Source: Naegleria gruberi
Lineage: Eukaryota
Direction: 5' to 3' (one strand)
NCBI GenBank assembly: GCA_000004985.1
Contig: GG738849.1
Length of the DNA stretch: 64,000 bases
A program made the position numbers and the translations under genes. Positions within the stretch are counted from its first letter, which is position 1. Each line of letters opens with the position of its first letter. Of the stretch, positions 60,134 through 64,000 are shown piece after piece. The notes beneath the pieces are model-generated. The model ran no database searches. It was not told where the DNA came from and was given only the letters and a program-made list of their open reading frames with translations.

Positions 60134-61000
60134 TTACTTTCTCATTAACTTTTTCAATAATCTGTAAATACTTGGAGTAATAGCCAAAGTAACAGCCATT
60201 CTCAAAGGTTCAGTAAATTTAGTCAAAACCCAAGCAACACCGGCATTGGCATACATTTCTGATTTATCCAAATCAGACATGTCAATAAGCTTATCAAGTC
60301 CACTACTATGCAACCATTGTAAAACATCCTTAGTTGCGAAAACTCCTTGTTGTAATAAGAGGAAAATTGTACCTAAAACCAAAAAGTAAATACCAAAATA
60401 AATTACAATACCCAAAGCACCGTATTGCTTGACAAATCTCTTAATCTTGGCAAATACTGTTTCTTGGGATCTGATTTCTTGTTCAGTTGTTTGTAAAACG
60501 TATAATTCTTGATTTGGTGACATTTTAACATTTAATTTCTTTCCAATATCTTCCCTTGTTGGCTTTGGTTCGAATGGAATTTTATGAATAATTCCTTTAT
60601 AATCAGCTTGCATTTCTCTAATTTCATCACCAACAACTGGTTGTCTATCAATTCTACAAACAATTTCATTATCCTCTACTGGATCTCCTTCAACTTTTAA
60701 CCATTCAATAATAACATTGGAATTTTTTACAACATCTTCAGGTGTTTTTACAGTAATATATTTTGTTTCGGAAAGTTCTGGATCAACAGCTTTATGAATC
60801 ATACTATTCACTGTACTAAATGAACGATTAATTGTTGTTCCACTAAAAGTAGTACTACCATTATTATTAATAATATTATCAGATAATGAATTGAATTTTC
60901 TAGAATTAATTGATGATGATTGTCTCATAGACAAGGCAGTGGTCAAAGCCTTTCCCAATGTACGTCTATTTCTACTACTACTCAATACTACTCTATTCAT
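60134..61000 (-). CDS. Mitochondrial FAM210/DUF1279-family protein with an N-terminal lipoyl/biotinyl-like hybrid-barrel segment that lacks the modified Lys.
   Basis: 'KIKRFVKQYGALGIVIYFGIYFLVLGTIFLLLQQG' is the DUF1279 pattern. 'VIIEWLKVEGDPVEDNEIVCRIDRQPVV...YKGIIHKI' resembles a lipoyl domain, with DRQ in place of DKA. The N-terminus is S/T/N-rich and presequence-like. Confidence 0.4.
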   Translation of the reverse strand: MNRVVLSSSRNRRTLGKALTTALSMRQSSSINSRKFNSLSDNIINNNGSTTFSGTTINRSFSTVNSMIHKAVDPELSETKYITVKTPEDVVKNSNVIIEWLKVEGDPVEDNEIVCRIDRQPVVGDEIREMQADYKGIIHKIPFEPKPTREDIGKKLNVKMSPNQELYVLQTTEQEIRSQETVFAKIKRFVKQYGALGIVIYFGIYFLVLGTIFLLLQQGVFATKDVLQWLHSSGLDKLIDMSDLDKSEMYANAGVAWVLTKFTEPLRMAVTLAITPSIYRLLKKLMRK

Positions 61001-61361
61001 CGTTTAACGTGATTATTATATATGATTTAATAAATTAATCCTTCTCTCTCTCACTTGTAATAATTAATCAATCGCTCACAGGGTACCGAAAGGACTCCTC
61101 AATGATAATGATGAAAATTGTCTAATTTTTTATTAATTTTGAAAAAGCATAATTGAAAGATCCTCCCCATCACTGCCATTCGTGAGGAATATTTTGATTG
61201 TGCTTCCGTAACAAGTTCGAATTATGTTATTTGTTTGCTGCTTCTTGATGTGAGCAGCGGTGTTTGCAATGTAACCTAATCAATTTTCGAAATTATTTTG
61301 ATTGGAAGAGTAGTATTGTGTCATCTTCCATTAACTTGAGAATTATCCAATAAATAATATA

Positions 61362-61775
61362 TTATTGTTGAGTGGTAGTGGTAGCCTCGGAGGATGAGCA
61401 TTCTTCAGAAGTGGATGGTTTCTTCTTTCTAGCTGCTCTTCTTTCCAAACTTTCAATTTGTTCATCAATACCCTTGATGTTCATACTAGCATCAAGATTT
61501 GTTTCAACTTGCTTTTTGTTTAATCTGAGTTTGAATCCATCATCTTCATTTTCTTTAACTCCTTGCACTACGGAAGCAACAATGAAGGTTGCTGTTTGGT
61601 TGGCATCGGAAACGAGTTGTGTAATTCTGTTGGCATCCTTTTCAAATCTATTCTTTTCAAATTCTGTTCTGATTTGTCGGAGTGAAAGTTTGAGCATTCT
61701 AGTATCTTTATCAAAAACAATTCTGCTTGCTCTTAAGAGTTGTCTGTATGCTTGAAGGGAAGGGGTTACGGACAT
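61362..61775 (-). CDS. LYR-motif protein, LYRM7/Mzm1-like (complex III Rieske-protein chaperone).
   Basis: 'LQAYRQLLRASRIVFDKDTRMLKLSLRQIRTEFEKNR' is the Complex1_LYR signature and is similar to MZM1L ('[37 protein letters not shown]'); 137 aa. Confidence 0.55.
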   Translation of the reverse strand: MSVTPSLQAYRQLLRASRIVFDKDTRMLKLSLRQIRTEFEKNRFEKDANRITQLVSDANQTATFIVASVVQGVKENEDDGFKLRLNKKQVETNLDASMNIKGIDEQIESLERRAARKKKPSTSEECSSSEATTTTQQ

Positions 61776-61899
61776 TTTTTATTTGATTTTACAATTAATT
61801 TCATAATGAATTTAATAATTTTACAATTAATACAATGCATTCGATTGCTTTTGAATGTGTACCAAATGAATTTTTAATCCAAAATATTTTGGAAAGGTC

Positions 61900-62706
61900 T
61901 TAAAATCCATTGAATTTAGTCGAACCTCTTCCTCTCACATAATCAGATGAGTCTCTATTTTCATATCTGTGTGATGATGAATAATTATTCCTAGAATGGT
62001 CACCATATGGCCTATACCTGTCGTCATATCTATAGACACGTCCAGTGGTTGGTGGTGCATTTCGTTTTGGTGATGAGCTATCTTGTTTTTCTCTATTGTC
62101 TTGCTTCTTCTTTTTATCCTTCTTTTGTTTCTTTTTCAGTTTCAACTCTCCACAATTAATAATGACTATCTCTTCAAGTGGTGTATTATCTTCATTGACT
62201 TTGACCTTTTCAATCTGTTTTATAATATTCATTCCTTCAATAACCCTTCCAAAAACAACATGCTTGTTATCCAAATAATCCAATTCAGATGACATTGTAA
62301 TGAAGAATTGAGATCCTACAGTATTTGGACCAGCGTTCGCAGCAGAAAGTAATCCAGCCCGAGAATGCTTCAAAATAAAGTTTTCATCTTCCATCATTCC
62401 ACCATAAATTGATTCTCCTCCTCGTCCATTAAAATCAGAAAAATCTCCACCTTGAATAATAAATTCAGGTACCACCCGATGGAAAATACTTCCTTTAAAA
62501 TGTAATGGTTTTTTAGTTTCCACTCCGATACCTTTTTCTCCAGTGCAAAGACATCTAAAATTTTCTGCTGTTCTTGGACAAATATGTTTGTATAATTTAA
62601 ATATTATTCTTCCGATCTTTTCATCTCCTATTACAATATCAAAAAAAACTCTTGGGTTTTTTATGTGTTTGGATAGGAGTGGATTTTTGGTTGATGATTT
62701 TGGCAT
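61900..62706 (-). CDS. Cyclophilin-type peptidyl-prolyl cis-trans isomerase with a K/R/S-rich C-terminal tail.
   Basis: 'PRVFFDIVIGDEKIGRIIFKLY', 'FHRVVPEFIIQGGDF', 'GGESIYGG' and 'GPNTVGSQFFIT' are canonical cyclophilin motifs; the tail is 'KKKQKKDKKKKQDNREKQDSSSPKR...'. Confidence 0.85.
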   Translation of the reverse strand: MPKSSTKNPLLSKHIKNPRVFFDIVIGDEKIGRIIFKLYKHICPRTAENFRCLCTGEKGIGVETKKPLHFKGSIFHRVVPEFIIQGGDFSDFNGRGGESIYGGMMEDENFILKHSRAGLLSAANAGPNTVGSQFFITMSSELDYLDNKHVVFGRVIEGMNIIKQIEKVKVNEDNTPLEEIVIINCGELKLKKKQKKDKKKKQDNREKQDSSSPKRNAPPTTGRVYRYDDRYRPYGDHSRNNYSSSHRYENRDSSDYVRGRGSTKFNGF

Positions 62707-63145
62707 TTTTTTATTATTTAAAATAATTATTATTTAAATCATCAATGCTCAATTAATCTATTTTTACGTTGATGTTAGGAAATTGTGGAAAGAGGGCAAA
62801 ATAAAGGAGTGTCTTGCTATGTTTTTAGAGAAGCCTAATACATTCGATGCCTCTTTTCTGTTGTACAAGAAAGTATAGTGCCGAAGAACATATCAAAATA
62901 TTGGAATCAATACCGTATTCAAATCATCTTAGCCACAATTTTATCATTACAAAGAAGCTCCATTGATGCAGAATTGTATGTGAAGGATCCATCATCAATG
63001 ATTTATGTATCAAAAGATGATGATTTGAAAAAACTTTCACCTCTGTCCATCCAATTAATTTTGGGAACCATAAGGCTTGTGAGTTGTTGGAATATATGAA
63101 GAATGTAAAAATGGATGCAATAATATTCCTAGTATTGATAACATT

Positions 63146-64000
63146 TTGCACAGAAAAAAACTACTCATGGAAGGAATTGATATGCATAAAAAGATCATGG
63201 AATATAAGATAGAATCCTTAAAGGTTGACAATGCACTGATGAACTTTTATACGAAATGTGAAATGCCAGATGAAGCATTAGAAATTTTTGACCACCTCAA
63301 AAGTGAAAAGAAACCAATTGATATTATAACATGGACTTGTACTATTCAAGCTTACATGTCCAAAAATCAAGTTTCAAAAGCTATGTCCTTACTCTCAGAA
63401 ATTCAATTATATCAAACCCCTGACCCAATATTGTTTTCAACAGTATTACATATTTGTGCTGAAAATAGGTTGATTGAAGAAGGACAGGAAATTCATCAAA
63501 GAATTAACAAATTGAAAAAGCAGAATATCATTTTAGACAATGCACTGATGAATTTTTATACGAAATGTGGAATGCCAGAAAAAGCATTAGAAATATTTGA
63601 AAAACTCAAAAGTGAAAAGAAGCCAATGGAGGTCATGATATGGAACTGTGCAATTCAAGCTCTTGGTGAACAAAAGAAGGCCATTGAGGCATTTTCTCTT
63701 TTCAAAGAAATGGAAAGTAATAGCATAATTCCAACTGAGATTACATTTAATATCTTGTTAAATATTTGTGCTGAAAATAAGTTGATTGAGGAAAGGACAG
63801 GAAATTCATCAAAGAATCAAAAAATTGAAAAAGCAGAATATCATTTTAGACAATGCATTGATGAATTTTTATACTAAATGTAAAATGCCAGATGAAGCAT
63901 TAGAAATATTTGAACAACTCAAAAATGAAAAGAAACCAATTGATATTATAACATGGACTTGTGCTATTCAAGCTCTTGTACAAAAGAAATGCATTGATGA
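63146..64000 (+). CDS. PLS-like pentatricopeptide repeat protein built from tandem DNA repeats of about 315 nt; 3' partial at the window edge. A frameshift lies at about 63790 in the third repeat, after which the ORF ends at 63877 and the repeat continues in another frame.
   Basis: 'DNALMNFYTKCEMPDEALEIFDHLKSEKKPIDIITWTCTIQAYMS...KAMSLLSEIQL...PDPILFSTVLHICAENRLIEEGQEIHQRI' then a near-identical second unit 'DNALMNFYTKCGMPEKALEIFEKLKSEKKPMEVMIWNCAIQALGEQ...'. This architecture mirrors plant PLS PPRs ('ALIDMYAKCG...A..VF..M..KDVVSWNAMI.GY...EAL.LF..M...G..PD..TF..VL.AC.H.GLV.EG'). Nucleotide units 63223-63540, 63538-63850 and 63848-64000 are more than 85% identical. Confidence 0.6.
63181..64000 (+). 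repeat. Tandem nucleotide repeat (period about 315 nt, at least 2.6 copies, continuing beyond the window) encoding the PPR triplets.
   Basis: Direct comparison of 63223..63345, 63539..63661 and 63850..63972: 'gacaatgcactgatgaa(c/t)ttttatac(g/t)aaatgt(g/a)(a/g)aatgccaga...' is conserved nearly base for base. Confidence 0.8.

Noticed and set aside
62878-63099. ORF 62878..63099 (+) as an upstream presequence exon of the PLS-PPR gene via a GTGAGT...CACAG intron (63079..63153)
   Set aside because: Donor and acceptor look canonical, but the phases do not match (exon 1 phase 0 vs exon 2 phase 2). I could not make an in-frame join, so it is left unannotated.
1-64000. Prokaryotic-style defence island, CRISPR array or operon structure
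   Set aside because: The sequence is clearly eukaryotic, with spliceosomal introns, poly-N/Q proteins and eukaryote-specific families (PIG-M, DEPDC5, Argonaute, eIF4E, GCKR, SERINC). There are no direct-repeat/spacer arrays and no co-directional tightly coupled gene clusters.
1-64000. tRNA, rRNA or other canonical structured RNA genes
   Set aside because: No GGTTCGAATCC-type T-arm boxes and no rRNA-like GC-rich conserved blocks were found by eye. I cannot exclude short tRNAs without a scan.

Overview
The window appears to be eukaryotic nuclear DNA, not prokaryotic. It is AT-rich (very AT-rich intergenic spacers), with many Asn/Gln/Ser homopolymer tracts inside proteins and short 40-100 nt AT-rich introns carrying GTAAGT/GTATGT donors and (T)nAG acceptors. 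The gene set is characteristic of a dictyostelid-like amoebozoan (social amoeba): PKA regulatory subunit, an LRR plus dual-specificity-phosphatase 'mpl'-type MAP-kinase phosphatase, and Piwi-like Argonaute. Base composition is less extreme than Dictyostelium discoideum itself. About 28 protein-coding genes are densely packed on both strands, mostly with 0-3 introns. Those I can name by conserved motifs, in order, are: an APH/actin-fragmin-kinase-like protein with a C-terminal PTP-like domain, a DEPDC5/Iml1 (GATOR1) homolog, a USP-family deubiquitinase, PKA-R, a GH47 alpha-1,2-mannosidase, the mpl-like LRR-DSP, a GatC-like protein, PIG-M, an F-box/LRR protein, an AlkB (ALKBH1-like) dioxygenase, a protein kinase with an atypical catalytic loop, a receptor-like TKL kinase, an eIF4E-family protein, a GCKR (glucokinase regulatory protein) homolog, a giant coiled-coil protein, a Piwi/Argonaute, GTPBP1, a roughly 1900-aa multi-pass membrane protein, two PPR proteins (one PLS-like and built from near-identical DNA tandem repeats), SERINC, an FAD monooxygenase, a FAM210/DUF1279 protein, LYRM7/Mzm1 and a cyclophilin. 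I found no rRNA, tRNA, CRISPR arrays, transposons or prokaryotic defence-type operons, so the 'undescribed system' framing does not fit a bacterial-style island here. The most interesting signals are several conserved genes whose reading frames are broken by single events. These are an in-frame TAG between the PAZ and PIWI domains of Argonaute, a +1 frameshift in eIF4E, a frame switch in DEPDC5, a frame switch in a CH-domain gene and a frameshift in a PPR repeat. Other points of interest are a plant-like PLS-type PPR repeat gene, a metazoan-type GCKR homolog, and a receptor-type tyrosine-kinase-like kinase. All functional calls rest on motif recognition from translation only; no database search was possible.
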